This document shows positions 26,857 through 37,332 of a stretch of DNA of 64,000 bases, piece after piece (position 1 is the first letter of the stretch; every line of letters begins with the position of its first letter). The DNA is from a virus. Taxonomy: Duplodnaviria; Heunggongvirae; Uroviricota; Caudoviricetes. The position numbers were made by a program, and so were the translations under genes. The notes beneath the pieces were generated by a model. It was given only the letters and a program-made list of their open reading frames with translations, searched no databases and was not told the origin of the DNA. Location: positions 1,630-65,629 of IMG/VR virus record IMGVR_UViG_3300021399_000101. One strand, 5' to 3'.

Positions 26857-29708
26857 TGACCGATAAAGAAATTCTTGAATATAGTAAACAAATTATTGAT
26901 GCTAAAACTGAAATAGAGAACTCTGAGGCTACAGAACCTGATATAGAAGACCAAATCAGAAACAAATTTTCAGAGGACTCTATTAACAGGGCAAGATTTA
27001 TAGACTCAACAGTAATAATTGGCGGTGCCACCAAAGAATTCAGAAATGTATTTGGTGTGGATGCGCCTCATTATGAACTTAACAAAGATTGTTATTTTGC
27101 CATTGATAAAAACAACAATAATGAATATGATATGGACGAAAAAAACGATGAAAGAGTTCCTGTTGATGACCCAATGAATGATAATCAAAGGTCAAAAACC
27201 TTTGTTGATTGTTGGGACATGATAAATGCAGCAAAATTTGATTCTACTTCTACTATAAAAGATTTTGAGGGCGGAAGCACAAAGCCACCTGTAGAGAGAC
27301 AGAGATTCTTTGTAGATAGCAAAAAAGCAGATAAAGGCTCTCCAGCTCATAACCCAATTTGCCCTCCTGGGTATGACCATTGGGCTGGAAGCGCTGTTTA
27401 TAGTTATATATGTAAAAATTTTGATTTGACAGAGCCAATCATTTATAAAATATTATCTGCGCCTTCAAACAATACAATACCTAGAAGTTTTATACTCGGT
27501 CCATTTGACGGTAACAACACATTTGATTATAATATAGATGAATCTGGTAAAATAACTAAAAACAATTTTGTTTATAATTATACTAATGATTCAAATATGT
27601 TTAAAGCATATAATGACCCGCAATTCAGGCTTCAAAAAGATGGATGTAGCCCAGCGGATGAGCATCCGATAAAATGGTTTGAAATTACAATTCCCGTTAC
27701 GAGTATAAAGCAAAATGGAAAATATTATTATAACTATGATTGGACCGGCACACCATTTGAAATAAGCAGGACACCTATTTCTTCTTTCAGAATTGTTACA
27801 GCAAAAAGAGAACAGCTTAATGAAGGATACTCAATATTTTGTTTAGACCTATCACAGCTTAATAGCCTTCAATATTCCGGTAAATCATATAAAAGCTCTC
27901 AAAATATAAGATTCTGTGTTCATATAATTTACAAGAAAACAAACAAGCTTGATAATGGTAAAAACGAAACCCAAAATAGAAAATTCCTTTGGTGGAGCTG
28001 GTCAAAAGAGATAAAGCACAGATATAATGTTTACTTTGAGCCAATAAGCGGAAACCTTCCAAATGGTGTTAAAGAAAAGTTTGCAAGTTTTGTAAGAAAC
28101 ATGGAAGATGACTGTTTGTTCTATTACAATTTAGCGAGCGAAAGAGAAGTTGAGACAGACATTCCGGATTTGAATGAGTCTTTTTCAAAAATGCAGACGC
28201 TTCGTAATGCTGCGAACAGTTTCATTAAAACAAGCTCTGTTCTGCCCGTATTAAAATTAAACAGATGGAATGATTTTATTAATGCTTTAAGAGACAGAGT
28301 GGCGTATGACATTTATAAAAATGTCGAAGATTTTTCTAGCTCTTCAGATATAAACTATTTTCCTGGAGATGTTGTTCTGTATTCAACTAATCCTAATAAC
28401 CTTAAAGATTTGTACTATTGTAAAACCAGAACCACTGGCGGCACGTTTAACTCGTCCGAATGGTCAAAGGTTTTTTCTGTGACTACTTCTGTGACTACTG
28501 GTGAAACAGAAATACAATATATGGGCAAAACCACCTATATAACAAAATGGGAAAGCAAGTACGTTCCTGGCTGGCCAAAATGGTTAAGAAGACTTTTTAA
28601 ATGGTGGTCAGAGCCTGTATACGGAGACTTTGATAAAGTTATAATCAATAGCACGCAAGTAAAAAGAAATATTGAGTACACAACTAAACATGAATACATA
28701 AGTGGTGAATCTGCTTATTTAGGCCCAAGTCACGGAGACTTAACAAAATTATCGCATGGGAATATGACAACACCAAGAATGTTAGTTGAAGGTGATATTG
28801 GTGTACCAAGTATTTTATCTGAAACTGACAAAGCGTACTTAAAATCCAAAGGGGTTATTTATCAAATAAGCGGAATTTGGTATATAAAGTTCTCTGATGG
28901 AGTGATTTATCCTACAAACTCAAATAGTAAAATCGAAGTAGTTTATCGCACCACAACTGAAGAAAGGCCGCCATACAATAATGTAGCAAGAGCCCAAGAA
29001 ATTAATACCTATCTTTCTTCCAATCCTGGTTTATATTATAATGCTTTTATAACATTAAGCGACAGAATAAACAAAAGAACAGGCACACTAAGAAAGCTTT
29101 GTACAATTATTGAATCTGCGAATATAAATGCACAAATGGCAGAACAAAGGAAGAGAAATATAGCTAATTTGTTTGGTTATGTAAATGCATATGAAATAAC
29201 TGGTGGATTTGGCAGCAAAGTAGCAACAATAAAACTTGCCAGTTGGGAACCATATACATCTGCATATGCCAATCTTGAAAGAATGGGTACTGTATATTTG
29301 CTTGCAGATAATACGGAAGTAAAGACACTGAAAGCATCAGATATAGCATCAATGTTTAATACTCCTGATATTGTGACAAAAGGCGCAGAAAAGATAGAAA
29401 AATCTTTTTTCTCTAAAAATTATGTCAAAACAATAATAACAGAAATCATAGATATGGTAAGTGACACTCAATATACATATGAGCTTACAAAAGATTTATC
29501 AATTGATAATACTAAAACATATTATGTTTATGATGACCAAACCATGGAATATAGCGAAGCAGAAGCAAGCGACCTAAATGATGAAAATATCGGAAATCTT
29601 TATGAAAGAACAGGGGTAAGTTCCGGTCCGGTATTTAACGTAACTTTACAAGATGAAATACCTGACAGTTTTAGAGGAAGAAATCCAAGACTTGTAAAGG
29701 TTTATTAA
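26856..29708 (+). CDS. Large structural/baseplate protein (950 aa)
   Basis: Coupled ORF with a YFPGDVVLY...LYYCKT...GTFNSSEW small beta module and a YELTKDLSIDNTKTYY repeat shared with the previous gene. Confidence 0.6.
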   Translation: MTDKEILEYSKQIIDAKTEIENSEATEPDIEDQIRNKFSEDSINRARFIDSTVIIGGATKEFRNVFGVDAPHYELNKDCYFAIDKNNNNEYDMDEKNDERVPVDDPMNDNQRSKTFVDCWDMINAAKFDSTSTIKDFEGGSTKPPVERQRFFVDSKKADKGSPAHNPICPPGYDHWAGSAVYSYICKNFDLTEPIIYKILSAPSNNTIPRSFILGPFDGNNTFDYNIDESGKITKNNFVYNYTNDSNMFKAYNDPQFRLQKDGCSPADEHPIKWFEITIPVTSIKQNGKYYYNYDWTGTPFEISRTPISSFRIVTAKREQLNEGYSIFCLDLSQLNSLQYSGKSYKSSQNIRFCVHIIYKKTNKLDNGKNETQNRKFLWWSWSKEIKHRYNVYFEPISGNLPNGVKEKFASFVRNMEDDCLFYYNLASEREVETDIPDLNESFSKMQTLRNAANSFIKTSSVLPVLKLNRWNDFINALRDRVAYDIYKNVEDFSSSSDINYFPGDVVLYSTNPNNLKDLYYCKTRTTGGTFNSSEWSKVFSVTTSVTTGETEIQYMGKTTYITKWESKYVPGWPKWLRRLFKWWSEPVYGDFDKVIINSTQVKRNIEYTTKHEYISGESAYLGPSHGDLTKLSHGNMTTPRMLVEGDIGVPSILSETDKAYLKSKGVIYQISGIWYIKFSDGVIYPTNSNSKIEVVYRTTTEERPPYNNVARAQEINTYLSSNPGLYYNAFITLSDRINKRTGTLRKLCTIIESANINAQMAEQRKRNIANLFGYVNAYEITGGFGSKVATIKLASWEPYTSAYANLERMGTVYLLADNTEVKTLKASDIASMFNTPDIVTKGAEKIEKSFFSKNYVKTIITEIIDMVSDTQYTYELTKDLSIDNTKTYYVYDDQTMEYSEAEASDLNDENIGNLYERTGVSSGPVFNVTLQDEIPDSFRGRNPRLVKVY

Positions 29709-29715
29709 AAAGAGA

Positions 29716-29740
29716 AAGCCCAGCTAAATTAGCTGGGCTT
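29716..29740. terminator. Perfect palindromic terminator between convergent genes
   Basis: AAGCCCAGCTAA-A-TTAGCTGGGCTT; T-tract on the minus strand. Confidence 0.8.
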
Positions 29741-29761
29741 CATTAATATATATAATCAGTT

Positions 29762-30256
29762 TCAAAGAACTTCGTTCACGATTTTTGCCATATCATCAGA
29801 TATTGTTTCATAAAGAACTTCATTATCAATGAAGTCCTCAAGGATTATATCATGCTCTTGGCAGAGCTGATTAAGCTCAAAAAGAGCTGTAGAGAAAGCA
29901 ATTGATACTCCGGATTTATCCATTTCTCTAAAGGCTCTTTTATTTGCAAGTAAAGCGTCATAGCTCTCTTTCAGGTATTTGTGCACATCATAAGCCAAAA
30001 TACGCGCAGCGGCCTTGGTCATAGTCTCTTCATTCAGACATTTGTTCTCATAGACCTTGAGAGCATTCATAGCCTTCTTCAATGGAGCAACATAAGCTCC
30101 GTCCATTTCATTTATAACAGATTCGATTCTTTTTGAACCGACAAAAACGCCACTTAAATCGTCAACGCATTCAAGAATGGCATCAAGTTCTTTTTGTTCT
30201 TTAATGGTATTTCTACCGTTTTTTTCTATGTCTAAGATTTCTCTGATAGTTGTCAT
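29762..30256 (-). CDS. Hypothetical acidic helical protein, possibly prohead core/internal
   Basis: SD AAGGAG and an upstream AAAGATAATT motif; several L/I-x-E sites (ILE, LNEE, ILED, LYE). Confidence 0.65.
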   Translation of the reverse strand: MTTIREILDIEKNGRNTIKEQKELDAILECVDDLSGVFVGSKRIESVINEMDGAYVAPLKKAMNALKVYENKCLNEETMTKAAARILAYDVHKYLKESYDALLANKRAFREMDKSGVSIAFSTALFELNQLCQEHDIILEDFIDNEVLYETISDDMAKIVNEVL

Positions 30257-30296
30257 CTATTGACTCCTTAAAATTATCTTTACACTATAAGGAAAG

Positions 30297-30779
30297 TTAG
30301 AATACAAGGTTATAAGAAACCCCAAAAATCATTGATTTATCATTAAATACAGAAAACTCGCCGGATACATATCCTAACCAAACTTTATAGCCTGCATTAA
30401 ATTTAAAACCAAATGTAGGCACTGAGGTAAAGTCAGTTCTTAAAAGGGCACTACCACCAATTAGAATTCTTTGGTTATTAAGTTTTTCTATAATCTTATT
30501 TGAATTTTTAAGTTCCTTCTCCGCCTTTTCCAATAATTTATATACGTCTTCAAGCTCAGACTTAGCAGATTTAAGTTGCTCAATCAATTTTTCATTTGAA
30601 TCGGTGAGCGAGTTTACCTGTTCATTAAGGGAAGATATTGTTTCGTCTGCTCGCTTTAAAAGTTCTGTACTTTCCTGAAGAGCATCATAAACTTCATAAA
30701 ATTCTTCTTCTGTAAACGTTCGTGCAAATGCCGGAGCAATCAAAAGTAATACCAAAATAATTATAATAATTTTTTTCAT
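30297..30779 (-). CDS. Secreted coiled-coil protein with C-terminal amphipathic beta-strands ending in Phe (putative outer-membrane spanin component)
   Basis: Signal peptide MKKIIIIILVLLLIAPAFA with no Cys; ~80-aa coiled coil; C-terminus ...FGFKFNAGY...MIFGVSYNLVF. Confidence 0.65.
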   Translation of the reverse strand: MKKIIIIILVLLLIAPAFARTFTEEEFYEVYDALQESTELLKRADETISSLNEQVNSLTDSNEKLIEQLKSAKSELEDVYKLLEKAEKELKNSNKIIEKLNNQRILIGGSALLRTDFTSVPTFGFKFNAGYKVWLGYVSGEFSVFNDKSMIFGVSYNLVF

Positions 30780-31102
30780 CTTTTGTATTTCTCCAAAATA
30801 GACTCGTTTTTTTCAATTTGAGATTTAATATCTTCAGAAACGGTTTCGGACTTTTTTACTTCCTCTTTTGCTTTTTCAACAACTTTTTCAGCTTCAGAAA
30901 TGGTATTGTTAATGTCCTCAATCTCCTTCTTTACGTCTTTTTTTTCGTCTTCGATGTCGTTGATTACTTCTTCGTTTTTCTTGGTTTGCTTGTTTGCCTT
31001 GCCTTTTCTTATACCTAAAATAGCAAGTATAGCTGTTCCAACCCCGATCAAAATCCATACCAAAACGTCTTTTGCTTTAACCCAGAATTCTTTGAATGTC
31101 AT
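30776..31102 (-). CDS. i-spanin-like protein (single N-terminal TM plus coiled coil)
   Basis: Start MTFKEF at 31102 with SD AGGAG; TM VLVWILIGVGTAILAILGI; overlaps the next gene by 4 bp. Confidence 0.65.
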   Translation of the reverse strand: MTFKEFWVKAKDVLVWILIGVGTAILAILGIRKGKANKQTKKNEEVINDIEDEKKDVKKEIEDINNTISEAEKVVEKAKEEVKKSETVSEDIKSQIEKNESILEKYKR

Positions 31103-31167
31103 TGATTTTCTCCTATCCAAGCATAAATTAACTTGATTTTTAGGTAAGATAATATTAGGAAAATACT

Positions 31168-31521
31168 ATGGCACCAAAAATTAAGGGTATAAGTTTTAAA
31201 CAAAACAATGGTTTTGATATTTCTTCAGACAATCAGCTTCTTCTTGAAAGAGTTGGAAGAATTATCATGACCTATAAAACAGAAAGAGTTAACAATCCCG
31301 AATTTGGCAGCTTGCTTGAAACCTGGCTTTTTGAAAGGGGAAATGTATTACCCCAGCACGTTGAAAACAGTTTAATTAGAGATATTGAATACTATGAACC
31401 AAGAGTCAGAGTTTTAAGAGCTTCTGTGACTTATACAAGATTAGAAGCAAATATATATATCACGCTTCAAGTAAGAGATACGCTTGATGTGCTTACATTT
31501 AATGAATATATTTCTCTCTAG
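31168..31521 (+). CDS. gp25: gp25-like baseplate wedge subunit
   Basis: RIIMTYKTERVNNPEFGSLLETWLFE...IEYYEPRVRV. Confidence 0.9.
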   Translation: MAPKIKGISFKQNNGFDISSDNQLLLERVGRIIMTYKTERVNNPEFGSLLETWLFERGNVLPQHVENSLIRDIEYYEPRVRVLRASVTYTRLEANIYITLQVRDTLDVLTFNEYISL

Positions 31522-31531
31522 GAGTTTATAA

Positions 31532-33088
31532 ATGAATATAAAATACGAAACAGGTAACATAATAAGAGACAGCTCAGACTTTGATAGGTTCAAATTTCCT
31601 GCAGAACTTCCCACAGAAGAATGGAAAGGCAATGAGGCACGCTCTTATACCAATTACATAAGACCAGTTGCAAACCTTTTTGAAAACGACAGAGAAAACC
31701 TAGGTTTTGCAAAAGACCTTTATAAAAGCTGGCTATATGTTAAAAACTCCTTAATTGAGGGTTGCACTGTAGTTAAAACCACGATAAACAATGAAAATTA
31801 CTACGAAATCCAGCATGGAGCTTTCGTAAACGGCGGAAAAATTTATTACATTTTTCCAGCTTGTGAGGCACTTGCAAAACAGATTTCAAATGAATATCAG
31901 AACGCAGGAAATCCAGAAGACATAAGATTAAAAATCACTTATGATTACGAAACAAACAATTATACTTATTTGTATATAGATAGCGGGTTTGAGCCTCATA
32001 CAGACAATGCTGAAACAGCTGTAAGTTTAATTAATAAATTGATAACAGCTCTCGAAATTTCTCCAGCAATAGAAGACCATATAGTTCTGCCTATATTTAA
32101 AAATACAAATTCAACAACCATCTATTTTAATGGAACTTCTGTTGTATCTGGAGCCCCAGTTGGAGACAATAATACAATAATAGCCACAATAGCCAACGGT
32201 ATTATTACACAGTCTTCTGTCGTATCAACAATCGAAGGGGCCAGGATAGAAGATGGGACAATAGGCAATTCCAAAATCTTAAACAACAATATAACTCTTG
32301 GAACTACAGTAATAAATCTTGGAGAAACAAAGAAAAAAATAGAAGGCCTTGATTCTATAAACAATGTATGGCCAAATGGAAATGGCGCTATTACACTTTC
32401 ATACAAAACTGGGGATTCAGTAACCACAAAACTTACAGTTCCAAATGGCGTAGACTATACGCTTGGAAATGCGGCGACAAAAACATTTGATACAGACAGA
32501 AGGTTAACTGCAAACGAGAACCTGCCGACTAATTCTGCTGTTAAAGGTTACATTGAAGATTTACTCAATGACGCAGAGTTTACAGGAAAAGCAACATTTG
32601 ATGATGGAATCGAAGTAGTAAACAGCCTGATAAACACAAGTGGAAAAATCAACGTAACAAATACCGCTGATGCATCTGGCACGTCTTCATCTCTCTCTGG
32701 AAATGCTTCAATTGTTACAAAGGGTGGAATTGAGGCAGATGGAAATATTTATTCTAAAAACAATATTGTCGGCCTTAATGCTGGAACATATTCAAAGAGG
32801 GAATTAAAGGAAAATATAAAAGAATTTACAGATTCAGCAACTGACTTAATTAATACTGTTGATATTGTAAGCTATAATTATAAATCTGATGCCGATAAGA
32901 ATTATAAAATAGGTTTTATTGCTGATGATACCCATGAATATTTTGCAACAAAAGAGCATAATATAATGGACCAGTCAAACTGCATAGGTATTCTTTTAAA
33001 AGCCATACAGGAGCTTTCAGAAGAAGTTAAGTTTTTAAAGGAGAGCTTAAATGAGCTTAAGTCCAATAACGCTGAATCCAGGAAATAA
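31532..33088 (+). CDS. Tail fibre/spike protein with a C-terminal peptidase S74 intramolecular chaperone
   Basis: SKRELKENI...YNYK...IGFIADD...CIGILLKAIQEL followed by a coiled coil. Confidence 0.8.
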   Translation: MNIKYETGNIIRDSSDFDRFKFPAELPTEEWKGNEARSYTNYIRPVANLFENDRENLGFAKDLYKSWLYVKNSLIEGCTVVKTTINNENYYEIQHGAFVNGGKIYYIFPACEALAKQISNEYQNAGNPEDIRLKITYDYETNNYTYLYIDSGFEPHTDNAETAVSLINKLITALEISPAIEDHIVLPIFKNTNSTTIYFNGTSVVSGAPVGDNNTIIATIANGIITQSSVVSTIEGARIEDGTIGNSKILNNNITLGTTVINLGETKKKIEGLDSINNVWPNGNGAITLSYKTGDSVTTKLTVPNGVDYTLGNAATKTFDTDRRLTANENLPTNSAVKGYIEDLLNDAEFTGKATFDDGIEVVNSLINTSGKINVTNTADASGTSSSLSGNASIVTKGGIEADGNIYSKNNIVGLNAGTYSKRELKENIKEFTDSATDLINTVDIVSYNYKSDADKNYKIGFIADDTHEYFATKEHNIMDQSNCIGILLKAIQELSEEVKFLKESLNELKSNNAESRK

Positions 33089-33500
33089 TAGGACTCAAAT
33101 TAACGAAGACGAACTTTATAATCCTGACGGTATAGAAATTCATTATGGTTATGATAATAAAGTTGCCTATGGTTATTTGGATGATACTGGAAGTGAACCG
33201 GAGGAATTTCCGTATTCTGCTTTGACGCAAACACCCGGATTGCACAGCATTAATTTAAGTAGACCTTTAGAACCTGGTGAAGAAATAACGTTGCATTGGA
33301 GAAATAATTACGATTTGATTATTTTCTGCGATGAAAATGGTATAACAAAAGTAAAAAAGCCTATTGGCGGAACTTATCAGGAAATTGGAAAATGGGCTGA
33401 TGATTCAGGATATTCTGAAAACACATGTCCAAAATTTGATGATGATATTCTCACAAAGAGATTTGATTATATTGAAACCAAAGTATTTAAGGAGTTTTAA
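33051..33500 (+). CDS. Hypothetical protein
   Basis: ORF with SD GGAG in the structural operon. Confidence 0.65.
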   Translation: MSLSPITLNPGNNRTQINEDELYNPDGIEIHYGYDNKVAYGYLDDTGSEPEEFPYSALTQTPGLHSINLSRPLEPGEEITLHWRNNYDLIIFCDENGITKVKKPIGGTYQEIGKWADDSGYSENTCPKFDDDILTKRFDYIETKVFKEF

Positions 33501-33836
33501 ATGACTTTAAACAATTATGATTGGAAAGAAAACGGCGAAGACGATAATGGTTATTTCTTCGTTCTTACAGATACACTTCATCACCTTGATTATAATATCT
33601 TACTTGTTAAAGACAGTGGACAAATCATGGTTAATGGTGCCTATATTAATAACGTCCCTCACGAGCTTGCAGTTGCTATAAACCCAAGAATAGACTATTT
33701 TATGGCTCTTAAAAATATCAGACATCATCACGAAGAAAGAAAATCAGAACCAAAAAAAGAAGAAAAGAAACCAGAGCCTAAAAAAGAAGAAAAGAAACCT
33801 GAAAAGAAGAATAGCGAGAAAAAGGATAAGAAATAA
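33501..33836 (+). CDS. Hypothetical protein with a KKEEKKPEP low-complexity tail
   Basis: Coupled ORF with SD AAGGAG. Confidence 0.65.
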   Translation: MTLNNYDWKENGEDDNGYFFVLTDTLHHLDYNILLVKDSGQIMVNGAYINNVPHELAVAINPRIDYFMALKNIRHHHEERKSEPKKEEKKPEPKKEEKKPEKKNSEKKDKK

Positions 33837-34150
33837 TGGCTATTAATGCTCCTTATACAAATGGTGCCGTACTTTCTAACGGCGGAAGACTACAGGTTAC
33901 AGACCAAGGCAAAGTAGACAATCTCAATGCTGAAAAACTGCAAGGAAGAACACCGGGCGGCTTTATCCAAACAAATAACGGCTTTGTTACTACTGGATTA
34001 ACACAAGATGGTACTGGAATTGCTGCAAGCGGCATAACCGTAAATAATACAAATGTAAGACAAACATTTGATGGAGACTCTGTGATTAAAATTGGTAATA
34101 CTGTAGTAAAAGCCTCTAACAACGGCGGAATTTTAATTGGAATAGAATAA
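33836..34150 (+). CDS. Small beta-rich tail-associated protein
   Basis: VDNLNAEKLQG resembles the fibre 'LNAD.LDG' motif. Confidence 0.55.
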   Translation: MAINAPYTNGAVLSNGGRLQVTDQGKVDNLNAEKLQGRTPGGFIQTNNGFVTTGLTQDGTGIAASGITVNNTNVRQTFDGDSVIKIGNTVVKASNNGGILIGIE

Positions 34151-35115
34151 TGAAAAACATAGCAGAATTTGTAATCGCTAATATTAAAAGTGACCCAAAT
34201 GAAAGTAGCCTTGGCGCATTCTATGCGTTAAATGGTAATACTGTAAAGCAACAGAAGGGCCCAAGCGGTTATGAAAAATATTGCTTAATTGAAGAAAACA
34301 ATATTACAGTACCACACGCTGATTTATTCTCATATAATTCATTAAAAAATATAGTACTTACAGGAATTACTGAACAATATACTATACCAATTTATGATAA
34401 TAATTTTGAAGATTCTGTAAAAGAATATTTCTTAAAAAACGGCAGTAATAACGAAATACAGTATTTGTTTTGGGATAATGGTCAAAAAGACAGTTCGATA
34501 GAATATAAAGTAATGATTCCTGGTCTATTATACACATCTAATGGTACAATATTAGGCTATCTGCATAGTTATACTGCCGATGAAAGTGGAAATGTTATTT
34601 TAGAGTTGCCATATCCTGATTATAGTGGAATTAGTATAGATTATTCATCAAAAGAACAAATTGATAATACAATAAAAATTAAAGGGATAACTTCTAAGAC
34701 AGAAATAACCATAACAGATGGAACAAATTCTGTATCGTTTAATCTTTATCCGCATAATTCAAGCAGTGGCTCTCAGGTTTATAAAATTAAAAACGTAAAT
34801 GAATTTGCTAAATATATTTTAGCGGCTCAGCTTACAGATGGAAAAATTACCAGCATAATTGACATGCTTACGGCAATTGAGCTTAGGTCATTTTATGTTT
34901 ATAATTATCATACCGGGCAAGAAGAGTTTAAATCAGAATATTTGCCAAAATATTTTTTGTCATTAAGACTTTATGCTTCTTCTGAAACTGCTAAAAATAT
35001 GACTCCGACTATTTATAAAACACCTGCGGCAATTGTGCCGACAGGAAATAACGATGAATGTGTTTTTATGAGAGATGTAACAAGCATCTCTGCGAATATA
35101 ATTACAGGGTTTTGA
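34150..35115 (+). CDS. Hypothetical structural protein
   Basis: Coupled ORF, 321 aa. Confidence 0.65.
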   Translation: MKNIAEFVIANIKSDPNESSLGAFYALNGNTVKQQKGPSGYEKYCLIEENNITVPHADLFSYNSLKNIVLTGITEQYTIPIYDNNFEDSVKEYFLKNGSNNEIQYLFWDNGQKDSSIEYKVMIPGLLYTSNGTILGYLHSYTADESGNVILELPYPDYSGISIDYSSKEQIDNTIKIKGITSKTEITITDGTNSVSFNLYPHNSSSGSQVYKIKNVNEFAKYILAAQLTDGKITSIIDMLTAIELRSFYVYNYHTGQEEFKSEYLPKYFLSLRLYASSETAKNMTPTIYKTPAAIVPTGNNDECVFMRDVTSISANIITGF

Positions 35116-35127
35116 AAGGAAGAATAA

Positions 35128-37323
35128 ATGAATATTAGTTGCACACCTTCAAACGCATTTGATATAAAAAGTAACAGCATCTCTTTAAAACAATATCCAG
35201 ATGATTTACTTATGTATTTCAGCGGCGAAGATACAGGCCTCAATCTTGCATTTGGAGAAGGTCTATTATCACCATATATTCCAACAAAAGAGGATGAACA
35301 CGTAAGAGTTAAGCAGGATTCAACAGGCTTTCCATATACTTTTGTTGATGATGGCTATGAACTTACTTACTATAAAAATAATTTTAGAAACTTTATAAAA
35401 GGAACAATAAGGCTTACAGTAAAGAAAGAGAGTTGCAAGTACGACTATGGCTACCAAGACCTTAGTGAGTTTAATAGCGCAAATGCAGGCTATTATGAAA
35501 TCTTTTTGGCTTCAACAAAAAATGGAACTTCCACGACAATCCCTATTTCAATTGTACTAAATGAAAATGTTGATGATATTCACGAATTAAGTACGATTAT
35601 CAATAATGTTTTAAATGAAAATGTTGATGGGTATAATTTTATAACTACCGAAACAATCGGTAATGATACCCTAAGGTTCAGAACCAAGCCTGATGAAGGC
35701 GCAGCGGTAGCTGGTCATCTTTCTTTGGCGATGATTGGAAATGAAGGAAGCCTCTTAAAATGGTTTAACGTAGTTCATGAACCATCTTATTTTTCAGCCC
35801 CAGAAAAAGATACAAAATTTATAAGCATCCACGAATTAAATTCATCAAATAATGAAATCTCTCTTATTCACAAAGAAGATGGTTATATATACTTATTCAT
35901 GTCAGATGAAAACAGCGAGTATACACTAACTAAAAAAATCTGTAGTTGGGATTGGGATAACGAAGAGTTTAGAGAGATAGAAATAAACTTTGATGATTCT
36001 CTTTCAAACATTATAGTTAACGGAGAGGTAAAAGCGTTCTTTGAAACCGTTGGTGTTGATGCAAGTGGAACAAAGTACGATTCAATCATACGTTCTCAAC
36101 AGCAATCTACATATCTCACTTTAGTTGGAGGCGGAGATGCTTATGGTTTCAAAGAGATAGATGTATTCAACAAAAAACAGCATTGCGGCTCTTATACCCC
36201 TCCAGAACATATAACATACTATGATGGAAAAGCATATATAGAATACCATCTTGGAGATATAGATGTATTTGATGATAGTACTTTAAATATTGAAGGCTCT
36301 GGTGGAATGTTCTTAGAAGCTCTTGATGATGGTGTCACCATTTCTTATGTAGATGAGCAAGGCAATCCTGTTACTGTAGCAAGCGGTGATATAGATGACT
36401 TTATAAAAAAGTTTAAAGGAATTAATTACGACGAGAACTCTCCACTTTCATTTGAAGCTACAGACTTAACCTTCAGAGTAACATTCCTTGACAAGAACTC
36501 AGTTATAACAAAATTTGATTTTGACCCTGGCACATCAAAATATGATTATAATGACCCATATAATTTCGAGGACCTTTATGCATGGGTAAGAAGACAGCTA
36601 GGAGCTCCTCAGGTTGCATGCGAACTTACTGACGACCAAATCTATGATGCTTTATGTAAGGCAGTTGAAAAGTACAATAAATACAGAAATTGGAACGAAA
36701 GTATTAATATCGCAGATATTGATGGAACCGAAGAAACAGACTTAAAGAAAGTAGATGGCGGGAAAGCAAAAGGAACATATTTCCAGATTCCTGCAAACAT
36801 TGCGGATACAGATATAATTGATATATTCTTCCAGCCAAGATTCTCAACCTGTTGGTTTGGAGCTGGCGACACATTCCTTAATAACGTAATGGCCCAGACG
36901 TTCTTCGGCCTTTATGGAGGAATAGTGCAAAACTCTGCAGACTATTATATTTGGAGGGTTTCATGCAATGATATATCCAACATAATTGGAACTCAAGTGT
37001 CTTGGAGAATTTATGACCATCATTTGTATTTTACTCCGAATAATTTAAAAGATCTTGACCAGTTTAGAGTTGGTATAAAGTATAGGCCAGCACTTACAAT
37101 TGAAGAAATAAGAAACAATGAAAACATAAAAGCTTTAACACTTGGATATGCCATGAAGACTCTTGGGATAATAAGAGGAACATTTGGAGGCTCGGTCCAA
37201 GCCGGAGACATAGCCGTGCAGCTTAACGCAGAAACACTCTTAAATGAAGGGGATAAACTTATAAATGATACAATTGCCCTTCTTAAGAGCGAGCAAAAAC
37301 CATTATGGATTATATGGTCATAA
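35128..37323 (+). CDS. gp13-like neck protein with a ~470-aa N-terminal beta-rich extension
   Basis: WVRRQLGAPQVACELTDDQIYDALCKAVEKY and LGYAMKTLG..RG.F.G......V.LNAE.L..EG match the T4 gp13 pattern. Confidence 0.75.
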   Translation: MNISCTPSNAFDIKSNSISLKQYPDDLLMYFSGEDTGLNLAFGEGLLSPYIPTKEDEHVRVKQDSTGFPYTFVDDGYELTYYKNNFRNFIKGTIRLTVKKESCKYDYGYQDLSEFNSANAGYYEIFLASTKNGTSTTIPISIVLNENVDDIHELSTIINNVLNENVDGYNFITTETIGNDTLRFRTKPDEGAAVAGHLSLAMIGNEGSLLKWFNVVHEPSYFSAPEKDTKFISIHELNSSNNEISLIHKEDGYIYLFMSDENSEYTLTKKICSWDWDNEEFREIEINFDDSLSNIIVNGEVKAFFETVGVDASGTKYDSIIRSQQQSTYLTLVGGGDAYGFKEIDVFNKKQHCGSYTPPEHITYYDGKAYIEYHLGDIDVFDDSTLNIEGSGGMFLEALDDGVTISYVDEQGNPVTVASGDIDDFIKKFKGINYDENSPLSFEATDLTFRVTFLDKNSVITKFDFDPGTSKYDYNDPYNFEDLYAWVRRQLGAPQVACELTDDQIYDALCKAVEKYNKYRNWNESINIADIDGTEETDLKKVDGGKAKGTYFQIPANIADTDIIDIFFQPRFSTCWFGAGDTFLNNVMAQTFFGLYGGIVQNSADYYIWRVSCNDISNIIGTQVSWRIYDHHLYFTPNNLKDLDQFRVGIKYRPALTIEEIRNNENIKALTLGYAMKTLGIIRGTFGGSVQAGDIAVQLNAETLLNEGDKLINDTIALLKSEQKPLWIIWS

Positions 37324-37332
37324 GGAGATAAC

